Shown here: in pieces, positions 33,692-45,765 of the stretch
How positions within the stretch are numbered: position 1 is the first letter of the stretch
How the letters are laid out: each line of letters begins with the position of its first letter
Source of the DNA: Selaginella moellendorffii
Taxonomy: Eukaryota; Plantae; Lycopodiophyta
Assembly (NCBI RefSeq): GCF_000143415.4
Contig: NW_003314286.1
Location: forward strand, 1,673,718-1,737,717
Direction: 5' to 3'
Length of the DNA stretch: 64,000 nucleotides
Made by a program: the position numbers and the translations under genes
Notes under the pieces: model-generated
What the model was told of the DNA's origin: nothing
What the model saw: the letters and a program-made list of their open reading frames with translations, nothing else
The model's database searches: none

Positions 33692-35692
33692 TCAATCACG
33701 AAGAACCCCGGAAAGAAGGTTGCGAACCTGTCGCATTGTTGGCCTGTTTCCCGGATTGCTATCTACGCAGCGCAGCGCCGTGACAAGCACAGTGGTGGCC
33801 TCCTCCGCGTTGAAAATTCCCTTGAGCCTTGGATCCACGACACCCAAGAGCTTCCCGGCCGCGTACTCCTCCTCCACCCATGGCAGCAGCAGCCATGCTT
33901 TGTGATCCTTCTCCTCCTTGGAGCTCCCAATCACGCGCCTCCCAGTCACAACCTCGAGCGCCACCACGCCATAGCTGTAGACATCCGACGCGGGCGTGAA
34001 CTTGTACGTGACCCCGACCTCGGGCGCGATGTATCCCAGCGTCCCCGCGAGCGTGGTGACGCGTGCGCTCACGTCATGGCTGGCTGTGCGCGCGAGGCCA
34101 AAGTCGCCCAGCCTCGCGCGAAACTCGTCGTCCAGCATCACGTTGCTGCATTTCACGTCGCGGTGGATGATCTGCTGCTCCCAGTCCTCGTGGAGGTAGA
34201 TGAGCGCGGCGGCGAGGCCCGAGAGGATCCGGAGCCGCGCGTCCCAGAGGAGGAGCAGCGCGTCACATTTGTGGAAGAGCGCCGACTCGACACTCCCCTG
34301 GGGCATGTAGTCGTAGACGAGGACGAGCTCGCGGTGGTCGCGCGCGCAGTGCCAGCCGCGGAGAGGGACAAGGTTGCGGTGGCTGAGCTTGCTGATGATC
34401 TGGAGCTCCGCCAGGAACTCGCGCTCGCCCTGGTGCGAGTCCCGCGCCATCTTCTTGATGGCCACCGGGGAGTTCTCGCCGGGGAGGATGCCACGGTAGA
34501 CGCTGCCAAAGCCGCCTGTGCCCAGGAGGTTGTGCTCGCTAAACTCTTGGGTGGCGGCGGCGAGCTGCGCGTAGGGGATCTCGTGTGGCAGCGGCACAAG
34601 GTCCTTGGACGAGCTCTTCTTCTTCTTCTTCTCGGATGGGAAGCCAAGTTTGCTCCAGGGATTTTTGACAAGCCAGCTGACGACCGCGAGGAGCAGCAAC
34701 GCGGCGAGGAGCGCCAGGAGTGATGCAGTGACGATGAAGTAAACCTTGAATCGATCTTTCTTCTTTCCACCATCGACCACTGTCACTGGTGATGGAGGAG
34801 GAATCCTCTCCAATCTGCTCGAGAAGTTCCAGGACAGGATTCGGTGGAAGTCGAGGTTGGCGGTGCCAGAGCCGGCAGAGAAGCCCACGTACGAGACATC
34901 GCTGACATAGGCGCACAAATTCAGGCTGTGCTCCAGCACCGGGTCGCCCAAGTTCCGGAACGATGGGTCGGAGGAGACGAACACTCGCAGCCCCTGCACG
35001 GCGGCATCGTAGTCGATCCTCGCCGCGACGGTACCGATGCCAAGAGAGATCCCCCGCGGATTGAGGGAGCTCGAGTTCACGGACAGGATCCCGTTGATGT
35101 CGAGGCCGACGTGGTTGCCATCGATGTCCTGGAACTCGGGATAGTCTGGTGGAAAGTTCCTGAAAGTGTCGAATTCCACCGCGACGATGCGGTTGCTCGC
35201 GCGGCCATTCGCGGCGGGATCGAACAAGCCCAGCCAGCGGCCATAGCCCTCAGCGGAGGTGGCGGTGAGGTTAGGGGCGATAGTGAACGCCAGGCCATCG
35301 GCATTGACCTGTGTGGAGTCGTTCTTGGTGATGGCGAAGACGAACTCGGTGGAGAAGGAGGCGGCGGCGCTGGCGGATGCGTTGCAAAGCTGGATCTCCT
35401 GCTGCTTCATGATCCTGCCATAGCTCGACAGGCGATTGCCGGTGAGCCGGAGCTCGTCATTGTTGATGGTCGCGTCACCAGTGGCCACAAAATCGTTGCG
35501 TGCCAGGCCCGAGAAGCTGCTGTATGTGAAACTTACATGATCATCAAGCGCTGCTATTGCGTCTAGTGCCACGATCGAAAACACGATCGCCAGAGCTTTG
35601 GCCATGGGACCAACCAGCGCTAGAAGAGCTAGACCGATCAACCCTGCAGCTTTTAACCAGTGAGCCACGGCTTGTCCAAGTCCATTTTCCAT
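33692..35692 (-). CDS. L-type (legume) lectin receptor kinase, intact copy
   Basis: 666 aa: signal peptide, legume lectin (ADGLAF, VAVEFDT, NHVGLD, YVGFSA, ILSWNF), TM, kinase GTGGFG...VAIK...HRDVK..N...DFG...GTLGYIAPE. Confidence 0.95.
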   Translation of the reverse strand: MENGLGQAVAHWLKAAGLIGLALLALVGPMAKALAIVFSIVALDAIAALDDHVSFTYSSFSGLARNDFVATGDATINNDELRLTGNRLSSYGRIMKQQEIQLCNASASAAASFSTEFVFAITKNDSTQVNADGLAFTIAPNLTATSAEGYGRWLGLFDPAANGRASNRIVAVEFDTFRNFPPDYPEFQDIDGNHVGLDINGILSVNSSSLNPRGISLGIGTVAARIDYDAAVQGLRVFVSSDPSFRNLGDPVLEHSLNLCAYVSDVSYVGFSAGSGTANLDFHRILSWNFSSRLERIPPPSPVTVVDGGKKKDRFKVYFIVTASLLALLAALLLLAVVSWLVKNPWSKLGFPSEKKKKKSSSKDLVPLPHEIPYAQLAAATQEFSEHNLLGTGGFGSVYRGILPGENSPVAIKKMARDSHQGEREFLAELQIISKLSHRNLVPLRGWHCARDHRELVLVYDYMPQGSVESALFHKCDALLLLWDARLRILSGLAAALIYLHEDWEQQIIHRDVKCSNVMLDDEFRARLGDFGLARTASHDVSARVTTLAGTLGYIAPEVGVTYKFTPASDVYSYGVVALEVVTGRRVIGSSKEEKDHKAWLLLPWVEEEYAAGKLLGVVDPRLKGIFNAEEATTVLVTALRCVDSNPGNRPTMRQVRNLLSGVLRD

Positions 35693-36061
35693 CTTCTATT
35701 ATCTTGATAGGATAGTTTCCAACGCGGAGGAGGCTGCCACAGCACGGCGCTGTGATGGTTTGATAGCACTGGGTCCCAGGATCCTCCAGACCGCGTACTC
35801 CGCCGCCAACAGCCACGCAGATGTGGACTTCAAGTATGTTTGGGTAAAGGCTGAAACATTCATTGTTTCAGGAGCTGGAAAATCTTCTAAACTAAGGCTA
35901 ACCTTCTAATTATATTGGGTACTTTAACAATTTGCTATGACTACCCAACACTATCAAGAAATCCGTCAGCGGCGACGATCGAGTACGACGCTTGGATCCC
36001 GCTGCCACATGAAATCCCATACGGGCAAGACTCGAGCCTTTTTGAGTTAGTGAGCAATCTG

Positions 36062-37702
36062 TTAGTAACACTTTCGGTGGACGATGTTTGGCCCATACTC
36101 ATCGTAGTCTCCCTTGGTGAGATGCTGGTTTTGAGGGAACACCACCTTGGCGAGGATGGCGCCGCCAATCCATGCCGAGTATTGCAGCGTCCGCTCTGGC
36201 ATGTACTCCGGAGGCTGCGAAAGCGGAAGAGAATGAGAAAGACGAAAGCCAGAAAAGTTTCACTGCTTTTTTGCCTTCACTACGGAGGGCCGCAAGGAGG
36301 GAGTTCCGTGAAGAGACACCTCCTTCTGAAAGCGAGCTTCAAAACCTGGGAAGTGCTTAGAAGGTGAGCTAGAAAAGAACAAAGATCAAATCTTGCCTTT
36401 CATCGTTGAAGTGCCTCCACACAGCACAATGTTCTCGATCAGAGGCTTCTGGCATTCGGCAGGAGAGCAGAGCGAAAGGCTTCTCACAAGCTGCTCCGTG
36501 ATCCCGTATTCCTGGATTTCCACAAGTGATGGCTGATAGAGCACCTCACCAAGTGTGTATCTTTCACTTCCAACAGACCTGTCTCCACAAACACGAGCTA
36601 TGAAAACATACACAGCAGCAAAAGCTTACGCGACCGTCAGGTAGCGTGTGTTCTATGACAGATCCCTCAGCCACCTTCTTCTCGTAATCCACAGAATCGT
36701 CCAGACTCACTGCTACTGCTTCTTTGATCTGCTCCAGCGCAAAACCATCCAGCTTCGTGTGAGGATTGGACTTGGCCAGCTTAGTCCCGAGGAGCTCTGT
36801 CAAGTCCTGTCCAGCGTACTCGAACCGCTTGACGGCGTTGTGCTGGATTCCACCCTCCCACACGGGCGCAATATCTGCAGCGAAAACAAGTCTTGTGCAC
36901 CATTCGTTACATTGTTACACAACGTTACCAGAGCCACTGTGAATGAGTACCTATTTTCCCATGTCCGACGTCCACTGCACAGCCAGAGATGCGTCCCACA
37001 GCATACACGGACAGCACTGGTTGCTCCACGGCATAGAAGCCATTCACATTGAAAGTTTCAAACATAAGTTGGACGGTCTTCTCCCTTGCAATCTGTCACA
37101 GAAAATCAAGCATGAGTTTCAAACAGTTCGCAGATGCCATGACGATGACAAGGAGTCACTGCTCACACGAAAGGCAAGCCTCTTTCTTTTGTCCTTTCTT
37201 TGTTCCCTCGTTCTTCTTTCTTTCATTTTGTATGACTGACTTCTTTGTGTTCACTCGTAGCTAGGGAGACATGGTTTTCGGTATCCTTGTTCTTCTATCT
37301 TTTTGTCTTTGTATCAAGTCATAGACATGGTTTTCGCTTTTTTTTTTTTTGGAAGTCGGCAATTAAAATTTGGCCCTCGTTTCCAACCTCCCAGCCCAGG
37401 CCTGTGTAGAAAACATACCTCCACAGGTCTTCCATGGCTTCCCAGTCATGGATAGCTCCTCTCTCGATGGGATTCACGGCATTCTCCTTCCAATCGTCTC
37501 CATTCAAGTCGATCTTGTCGATGTCGCCCTCGTCCGCCTTGGTCATTGCCGTTTGCATCACCTACAGGCGGAGCGCAAGCATCTAAACCCAATGTCGATG
37601 GATTCCTAGAGTGATTACCAGCTGAGGATCTTGCTCGGGGATCGCGAAGCCGGCCTTGAGCAGCCTGGAGCCGGCGTCGATCACTATCGCCTCTGCTGCC
37701 AT
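36062..37702 (-). pseudogene. ARP7: ARP7 copy 1, disrupted by a ~198-bp inversion and a 5-nt frameshift deletion
   Basis: Matches copy 2 except that 37156-37353 is inverted (removing the exon-2 end and its donor) and the VIS codons are partly deleted at about 36575. Confidence 0.8.
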
Positions 37703-37790
37703 AGCGGACAAGAACCCTAAAATCTCTCGGTTTGCTTTATATCTCGCGTTCGATTCTCCTGGCTAACAAAAAGCTAACGAAACTTCGTCG

Positions 37791-39743
37791 TTAGGCGGCC
37801 ATAACTAGAACTTTGATGGTTCCCTGGCTATTGGCGGCTAACAAAGTTGGACTGTCGCTCTTCCAACACACGGCGCTGATGAAATGCAATGAGTCGTCTA
37901 AGCTTCCAAATCGGTGTCGAGTTGCTGGTCTAGAAATCGCCTGAAAAAAAAAGAGAAAAGTATAAGAAACACTTCCGAAGATGAGAAGAAAAATTCGCAT
38001 TTTTACCTTGTGATACACGAACACTTCGTTGGTTTCACTTCCACAGGTTACGTAGTCACTGTTACCGCTCAAACCAACGAAGTTCCTCTCGTTTATATGC
38101 CCAGTTAGCGTTCTAATCTGCATAGAAGCTAGAAGTTTAAAACAAGAGCTTCAAAACAAGAGCGAGCTTACCGGAGTGTTAGTTCTGACATTCCAGATCC
38201 GCAAGGTGCTATCAGTCGATGCGGACACGAGCTCCTCCGGCGTGATGAACTTCACGTACGAGACGGTCTTTTGGTGGCCGCTAAAGGTGTGGACTGGCGA
38301 AGCAGGAGAGCGCAAATCGTAGTAATGTATGCGGTGATCGGCCGATCCAACCTGCAAATGCTTGGAAATGAATAAAACACCACTGTACCAAACCGATAAC
38401 TCACAAGAGATAGAAAAAGAGTACCGCTACAAAATTGCTGGAGCTGGGATTGAACTTGACGCAGCAGATGTTGGCTTTCATGTCGATTCCCATGACGCTG
38501 CTCTCCTGTCGAGTAGACCACACTTTGAGCTGCAAGTTTTTCTCAAAGTTAGATGGAAACAAAGAATTTTCAAAAAGATACGTTCTAACCTTGCCATCGT
38601 CACTGCCAGAAACAAGTAAATTGGGATCGGTTCTAGCAAAATCGACACTCCACGCTCGCTTGGCATGCTCTTCGTACTCCATGATACTCTGAAATCAAGA
38701 TAGGAACGGAAGCTCTCGCCCGTCTCACTAGGATCTTGTGATTGCTTTCGCTTTTGCAAATAACAATCTTGCAGGTCTTCAAAATGTGCACCACACACAG
38801 AGGAAGTTGGCCGACTGTTACAATCAAGAAATCCAAGGAGCATACCTGAGAAAGCACTCGCCTCTTTTTCGAAAGAACCTCACTTTCTCTCACTCCAGAC
38901 GTTCCCTCGTCATCAGTTTGCGCTCGCTTAAGACGAGCTTTTTCTCCATCCGGGGAGCTCCCTTCCGCTTCGGACGCCTTGACACGACAGCGAGAGCTAG
39001 GAAGCTTTTGGTGAACAGGCGACGCATGACGTTCTTTGGATTTCTTCAAACTAGTCGCCTGCTTTTCAACAGCAGCAATGTCTTCCTTGAGCCATTGCAG
39101 GTCTGTTTGTATCTGAACGAAGAAAACGTCGTGAGTAAGATCACAGGTCCGGAGTTCTCACCTCGTTTAACTCTTGCTGCTTCTGTTGCCTCGACCGCTG
39201 CAAGAAATCATGCAAGACCTCCAAATTTGTTTCAGTCAACAAACTCAAAAGTGTATCGATGTCTTTCATCGAGATGTCTGCTCCCTGAGAATCACAAACA
39301 AAACATCAGCACTATAACTAAAAACCAAACTTTTCGACAAAAAAGACCTGTTTGAGAGCAAGCCGCAGGTGCTCTCCCGGTGACGTAGAGCTGGCAACTT
39401 GGCACACACTCGCCTTCCTCAAATCTCCAACAGAGGAAACCATGGAACATCAAACTTCCGAGCAAGATGGCAAAACAAATCGAAGGTACCTTGTTGAGAA
39501 GGAAATTCGGGTAGAGCTGGCCGCTGGTCAAGTAAGCTCCACAGCAGGGACAGTTGCTCTTGATGTTTAGATGCGTCATGATGCACAGCTGTGGCCGCAG
39601 CTCGTCAAAAACGCGTCTTTGATCGTCTGGATGCATATCGGGCACAGGAAATCCCTGTCGAGCTCGAGATTGTAGCTGGAGGCCTCGGTTCTCGTCCCAC
39701 ACACGGATGGAACTTGGGCAGCGTCAGAGGAGCGAGCTTGCAT
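37791..39743 (-). pseudogene. COP1: COP1-like RING/coiled-coil/WD40 gene, copy 1, disrupted
   Basis: LDRDFLCPICIQTIKDAFLTSCGHS then a frameshift (FCYM codons missing) before CIMTHL..CPCC...LYPNFLL. WD exons [36 protein letters not shown] and FISAVCWKSDSPTLLAANSQGTIKVL are present, but the first WD exons are absent (junction at ~38718). Confidence 0.85.
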
Positions 39744-40068
39744 CTCCGTGAGCCTCTATCATTCTCTCGCCTTAATAGGACGAACTTACAAGACCCCGCG
39801 CTTCTTCTTTTCTGCCTTCTTCGTCTTCTCGCCCGTCCCGCTCTAGGGATTATTGTTGTGTGAGAGAGCGAGGAATGTCGGGCATATTCTAAGGGTGATT
39901 ACGTGGCCGGCCGTGATTGGAGGACATCTCAGGTCGGTAAGAAGCCACGATAAGGGCCATCCCGCCGTCCAGGCCCACGTGGTGTCTACCAGCTTCAACT
40001 TCGTCAAACCAACCAAGAGTCAAGTCAATGCGTAGAGATGATGGTGTGAAATGTGCTCCGGAATATGC

Positions 40069-40422
40069 TCTCTAGCTTTTGACGATCGTCTCGGCCTCGG
40101 CGGATGGCTCCATAGCTCTCATGGACCTGAGGCACGTCATGAGGAAAGGAAGCATCAAGTCGAGAGCAGCGGCCACGGTGAAGCGCCCCTACAAAATGAA
40201 AGGAGACACTGCGCAAAGGATGCTGTCCAGCGGTGGCTCTTGCGCTTACTCAGTGGACTTGGCTCGGACAGGATTGTGAGTGCCGGGGAGGGGACGGCGA
40301 TCAAGGTCTGGGACTTCTCCCAGGCTCTCGAGTTTGAGAAGAAAACACAGGCGCTTCGAAGCGTCCGGAGAGAGCAGAGAGCTCAGCGGAAGCTCGCGAT
40401 TAAGAACAGGAGAAAGGAATGA
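40069..40422 (+). pseudogene. 3' fragment of the F-box/WD40 gene
   Basis: Copy of about 33040-33408 with small indels and no 5' part. Confidence 0.9.
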
Positions 40423-40777
40423 CTGCCAGGAACTTCGGTTCAGGGATAAAGGGGATCGACTACACAAAGTTGGTAACGCTCGATATCGATCTCAACTCAC
40501 CGACATTATTTCAAAACAAAATGGTCTTGAAGATCATGCTTCTGGAGATTAGTCTCCAGTAAAAAACCTCAATTATTTCCAAATATCTAACACGAAGATC
40601 ATGCCAAAAAACCAAAGTTTTCAATATCTTAAAAGTATCAAAGAAAGATCAATCACGAAGAACCACGGAAAGAAGGTTGCGAACCTGTCGCATCGTTGGC
40701 CTGTTTCCCGGATTGCTATCTATGCATCGCAGCGCCGTGACAAGCACTCTGGTGGCCTCCTCCGCGTTGAAAACTCC

Positions 40778-42613
40778 CTACAGCCTTGGATCCACGACAC
40801 CCAAGAGCTTCCCGGCCGCGTACTGCTCCTCCACCCATGGCACCAGCAGCCATGCGTTGTGATCCTTCTCCTTGGAGCTCCCAATCACCCGCCTCCCAGT
40901 CACAACCTCGAGCGTCACCACGCCATAGCTGTAGACATCCGACGCGGGCGTGAACTTGTATGTGACCCCGACCTCGGGCGCGATGTATCCCAGCGTCCCC
41001 GCGAGCGTGGTGGTGCGTGAGCTCACGTCATGGCTGGCTGTGCGCGCGAGGCCAACGTCGCCCAGCCTCGCGCGAAACTCTTCGTCCAGCATCACGTTGC
41101 TGCATTTCACGTCGCGGTGGATGACCTGCTGCTCCCAGTCCTCGTGGAGGTAGATGAGTGCGGCGGCGNNNNNNNNNNNNNNNNNNNNNNNNNNNNNNNN
41201 NNNNNNNNNNNNNNNNNNNNNNNNNNNNNNNNNNNNNNNNNNNNNNNNNNNNNNNNNNNNNNNNNNNNGTCGTAGACGAGGACGAGCTCGCGGTGGTCGC
41301 GCGCGCAGTGCCAGCCGCGGAGAGGGACAAGGTTACGGTGGCTGCGCTTGCTGATGATCTGGAGCTCCGCCAGGAACTCGCGCTCGCCCTGGTGCGAGTC
41401 CCGCACCATCTTCTTGATGGCCACCGGGGAGTTCTCGCCGGGGAGGATGCCACGGTAGACCTTGCCGAAGCCGCCTGTGCCCAGGAGGTTGTGCTCGGGT
41501 GCCGGAGGTGAGCTGCGCTTAGGGAATCTCGTGTGGCAGCGGCACAAGGTCCTTGGACGAGCTCTTCTTCTTCTTCTTCTCGGATGGGAAGCCAAGTTTG
41601 CTCCAGGGATTTTTGACAAGCCAGCTGACGACCGCGAGGAGCAGCAACGCGGCCAGGAACGCCAGGAGTGATGCAGTGACGATGAAGTAAACCTTGAATC
41701 GATCTTTCTACTTTCCACCATCGACCACTGTCACTGGTGATGGAGGAGGAATCCTCTCCAATCTGCTCGAGAAGTTCCAGGACAGGATCCGGTGGAAGTC
41801 GAGGTTGGCGGTGCCAGAGCCGGCAGAGAAGCCCACGTACGAGACATCGCTGACATAGGCGCACAAATTCACGCTGTGCTCCAGCACCGGGTCGCCCAAG
41901 TTCCGGAACGATGGGTCGGAGGAGACGAACACTCGCAGCCTCTGCACGGCGGCATCGTAATCGATTCTCGCCGCGACGGTACCGATGCCAAGAGAGATCC
42001 TCCGCGGATAGAGCGAGCTCGAGTTCACGGACAGGATCCCGTTGATGTCGAGGCCGACGTGGTTGTCATCGATGTCCTGGAACTCGGGATAGACTGGTGG
42101 AAAGTTCATGAAAGTGTCGAATTCCACCGCGACGATGCGGTTGCTCGCGCGGCCATTCGCGGCGGGATCGAACAAGCCCAGCCAGCGGCCATAGCCAGCG
42201 GAGGAGGTGGGGACGAGGTTAGGGGCGATAGTGAACGCGAGGCCATCGGCATTGACCAGTGTGGAGTCGTTCTTGGTGATGGCGAAGACGAACTCGGTGG
42301 AGAAGGAGGCGCCGGCGCCGGCGGATGCGTTGCAAAGCTGGATCTCCTGCTGCTTCATGATCCTGCCATAGCTCGACAGGCGATTGCCGGTGAGCCGGAG
42401 CTCGTCATTGTTGAAGGTCGCGTCACCAGTGGCCACAAAATCGTTGCGTGCCTGGGGCGAGAAGTTGCTGTATGTGAAACTTACGTGATCATCAAGCGCT
42501 GCTGTTGCGCCTAGTGCCACGATCGAAAGCACGATCGCCAGAGCTTTGGCCATTGGACCAACCAACGCTAGAAGAGCAAACTCGTGCGTGGTCGACACGG
42601 CTAGACCGATCAT
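40778..42613 (-). pseudogene. LecRK copy 2: intact lectin ectodomain ORF (41708-42613) ending in a premature TAG; kinase part frameshifted and truncated
   Basis: AAG>TAG after VVDGGK, deletion near 41500, TAG after VVDPRL; 100-N gap inside. Confidence 0.85.
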
Positions 42614-42783
42614 TTTAACCAGTGAGGCAGCGAGAGCTGTTGAAGCATGATTTAATACTTTGAAGGAGGTCCGGGTTCAATCCTCGGCCTGTTCAAGTCC
42701 ATTTTCCATCGTCTCTTTTGTTATCGGTACCTTGACAGGATAGTTCCCGGAACTCGAGCCTTTTTTAATTAGTGAGCAATCTG

Positions 42784-44437
42784 TTAGTAACACTTTCGGT
42801 GGACGATGTTTGGCCCATACTCATCGTAGTCTCCCTTGGTGAGATGCTGGTTTTGAGGGAACACCACCTTGGCGAGGATGGCGCCGCCAATCCATGCCGA
42901 GTATTGCAGCGTCCGCTCTGGCATGTACTCCGGAGGCTGCGAAAGCGGAGAGAATGAGAAAGACGAAAGCCAGAAAAGTTTCACTGCTTCTTCTTTACCT
43001 TCACTACGGAGGGCCGCAAGGAGGGAGTTCCGTGAAGAGACACCTCCTTCTGAAAGCGAGCTTCAAAACCTGGGAAGTGCTTGGAAGGTGAGCTAGGAAA
43101 AAACGAGGATGGATTCTTGCCTTTCATCGTTGAAGTGCCTCCACACAGCACAATGTTCTCGATCAGAGGCTTCTGGCATTCGGCAGGAGAGCAGAGCGAA
43201 AGGCTTCTCACAAGCTGCTCCGTGATCCCGTATTCCTGGATTTCCACAAGTGATGGCTGATAGAGCACCTCACCAAGTGTGTATCTTTCACTTCCAACAG
43301 AAATGACCTGTCCCCACAAACACGAGCTAAGAAAACATACACAGCAGCAAAAGCTTACCCGACCGTCAGGTAGCGTGTGTTCTATGACAGATCCCTCAGC
43401 CACCTTCTTCTCGTAATCCACAGAATCGTCCAGACTCACTGCTACTGCTTCTTTGATCTGCTCCAGCGCAAAACCATCCAGCTTCGTGTGAGGATTGGAC
43501 TTGGCCAGCTTAGTCCCGAGGAGCTCTGTCAAGTCCTGTCCAGCGTACTCGAACCGCTTGACGGCGTTGTGCTGGATTCCACCCTCCCACACGGGCGCAA
43601 TATCTGCAGCGAAAACAAGTCTTGTGCACCATTCGTTACATTGTTACACAACGTTACCAGAGCCACTGTGAATGAGTACCTATTTTCCCATGTCCGACGT
43701 CCACTGCACAGCCAGAGATGCGTCCCACAGCATACACGGACAGCACTGGTTGCTCCACGGCATAGAAGCCATTCACATTGAAAGTTTCAAACATAAGTTG
43801 GACGGTCTTCTCCCTTGCAATCTGTCACAGAAAATCAAGCATGAGTTTCAAACAGTTCACAGATGCCATGACGATGACAAGGAGTCCAAAAAAAAAGCGA
43901 AAACCATGTCCATGACTTGATACAAAGAAGAAGTCATGCAAAAAGATAGAAGAACAAGGATACCGAAAACCATGTCTCCCTAGCTACGAGTGAACACAAA
44001 GAAGTCAGTCATACAAAATGAAAGAAAGAAGAACGAAGGAAACAAAGAAAGGACAAAAGAAAGAGGCTTGCCTTTCGTGTGAGCAGTGAGTCGGCAATTA
44101 AAATTTGGCCCTCGTTTCCAACCTCCCAGCCCAGGCCTGTGTAGAAAACATACCTCCACAGGTCTTCCATGGCTTCCCAGTCATGGATAGCTCCTCTCTC
44201 GATGGGATTCACGGCATTCTCCTTCCAATCGTCTCCATTCAAGTCGATCTTGTCGATGTCGCCCTCGTCCGCCTTGGTCATTGCCGTTTGCATCACCTAC
44301 AGGCGGAGCGCAAGCATCTAAACCCAATGTCGATGGATTCCTAGAGTGATTACCAGCTGAGGATCTTGCTCGGGGATCGCGAAGCCGGCCTTGAGCAGCC
44401 TGGAGCCGGCGTCGATCACTATCGCCTCTGCTGCCAT
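42784..44437 (-). CDS. ARP7: Actin-related protein 7, apparently intact copy
   Basis: [18 protein letters not shown]...[18 protein letters not shown]...QLMFETFN...DVGHG...[10 protein letters not shown]|FEARFQKE...[38 protein letters not shown]; the C-terminus is characteristic of plant ARP7. Confidence 0.88.
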
Positions 44438-44525
44438 AGCGGACAAGAACCCTAAAATCTCTCGGTTTGCTTTATATCTCGCGTTCGATTCTCCTGGCTA
44501 ACAAAAAGCTAACGAAACTTCGTCG

Positions 44526-45765
44526 TTAGGCGGCCATAACTAGAACTTTGATGGTTCCCTGGCTATTGGCGGCTAACAAAGTTGGACTGTCGCTCTTCCA
44601 ACACACGGCGCTGATGAAATGCAATGAGTCGTCTAAGCTTCCAAATCGGTGTCGAGTTGCTGGTCTAGAAATCGCCTGAAAAAAAAAGAGAAAAGTATAA
44701 GAAACACTTCCGAAGATGAGAAGAAAAATTCGCATTTTTACCTTGTGATACACGAACACTTCGTTGGTTTCACTTCCACAGGTTACGTAGTCACTGTTAC
44801 CGCTCAAACCAACGAAGTTCCTCTCGTTTATATGCCCAGTTAGCGTTCTAATCTGCATAGAAGCTAGAAGTTTAAAACAAGAGCTTCAAAACAAGAGCGA
44901 GCTTACCGGAGTGTTAGTTCTGACATTCCAGATCCGCAAGGTGCTATCAGTCGATGCGGACACGAGCTCCTCCGGCGTGATGAACTTCACGTACGAGACG
45001 GTCTTTTGGTGGCCGCTAAAGGTGTGGACTGGCGAAGCAGGAGAGCGCAAATCGTAGTAATGTATGCGGTGATCGGCCGATCCAACCTGCAAATGCTTGG
45101 AAATGAATAAAACACCACTGTACCAAACCGATAACTCACAAGAGATAGAAAAAGAGTACCGCTACAAAATTGCTGGAGCTGGGATTGAACTTGACGCAGC
45201 AGATGTTGGCTTTCATGTCGATTCCCATGACGCTGCTCTCCTGTCGAGTAGACCACACTTTGAGCTGCAAGTTTTTCTCAAAGTTAGATGGAAACAAAGA
45301 ATTTTCAAAAAGATACGTTCTAACCTTGCCATCGTCACTGCCAGAAACAAGTAAATTGGGATCGGTTCTAGCAAAATCGACACTCCACGCTCGCTTGGCA
45401 TGCTCTTCGTACTCCATGATACTCTGAAATCAAGATAGGAACGAATGATAAGATTCAAGCTCTTTAACATTCATTACCTGCGCATTATTCACGTCCCAAA
45501 TTGTGACATGCCCATCGTAGTCGCTGCTCGCAATGTGGTGTTTGATGCATTTGTTCCAGCTGAGGCAGCTGAGCTTCGCACGCGAAGGAATCTCCATCGC
45601 CGGGTAATGCACGTCCGCGCTGCTATTAACAACCTGTAACCACAACTTCGATCAGGAGTGACTTAAGAAAACAAGGGTAAACTCTGTACTTACGGCAGAG
45701 TACTCGAACACTTTTATCCTACGGGATACTCCCGCAGTAGCGAAGAAGCTTTTGGTGAACAGGCG
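44526..45765 (-). pseudogene. COP1: COP1-like copy 2: WD40 half, fused out of frame to coiled-coil sequence next to an assembly gap
   Basis: Has the FATAGVSRRIKVF and SRAKLSCLSWNK exons missing from copy 1, but at ~45750 it jumps to sequence matching 39001-39021. Confidence 0.7.

Noticed and set aside
33605-35566. Long antisense ORFs (372 aa, 240 aa) over LecRK, repeated in the duplicates
   Set aside because: Shadow ORFs caused by high GC3 codon usage of the sense gene; no recognisable motifs
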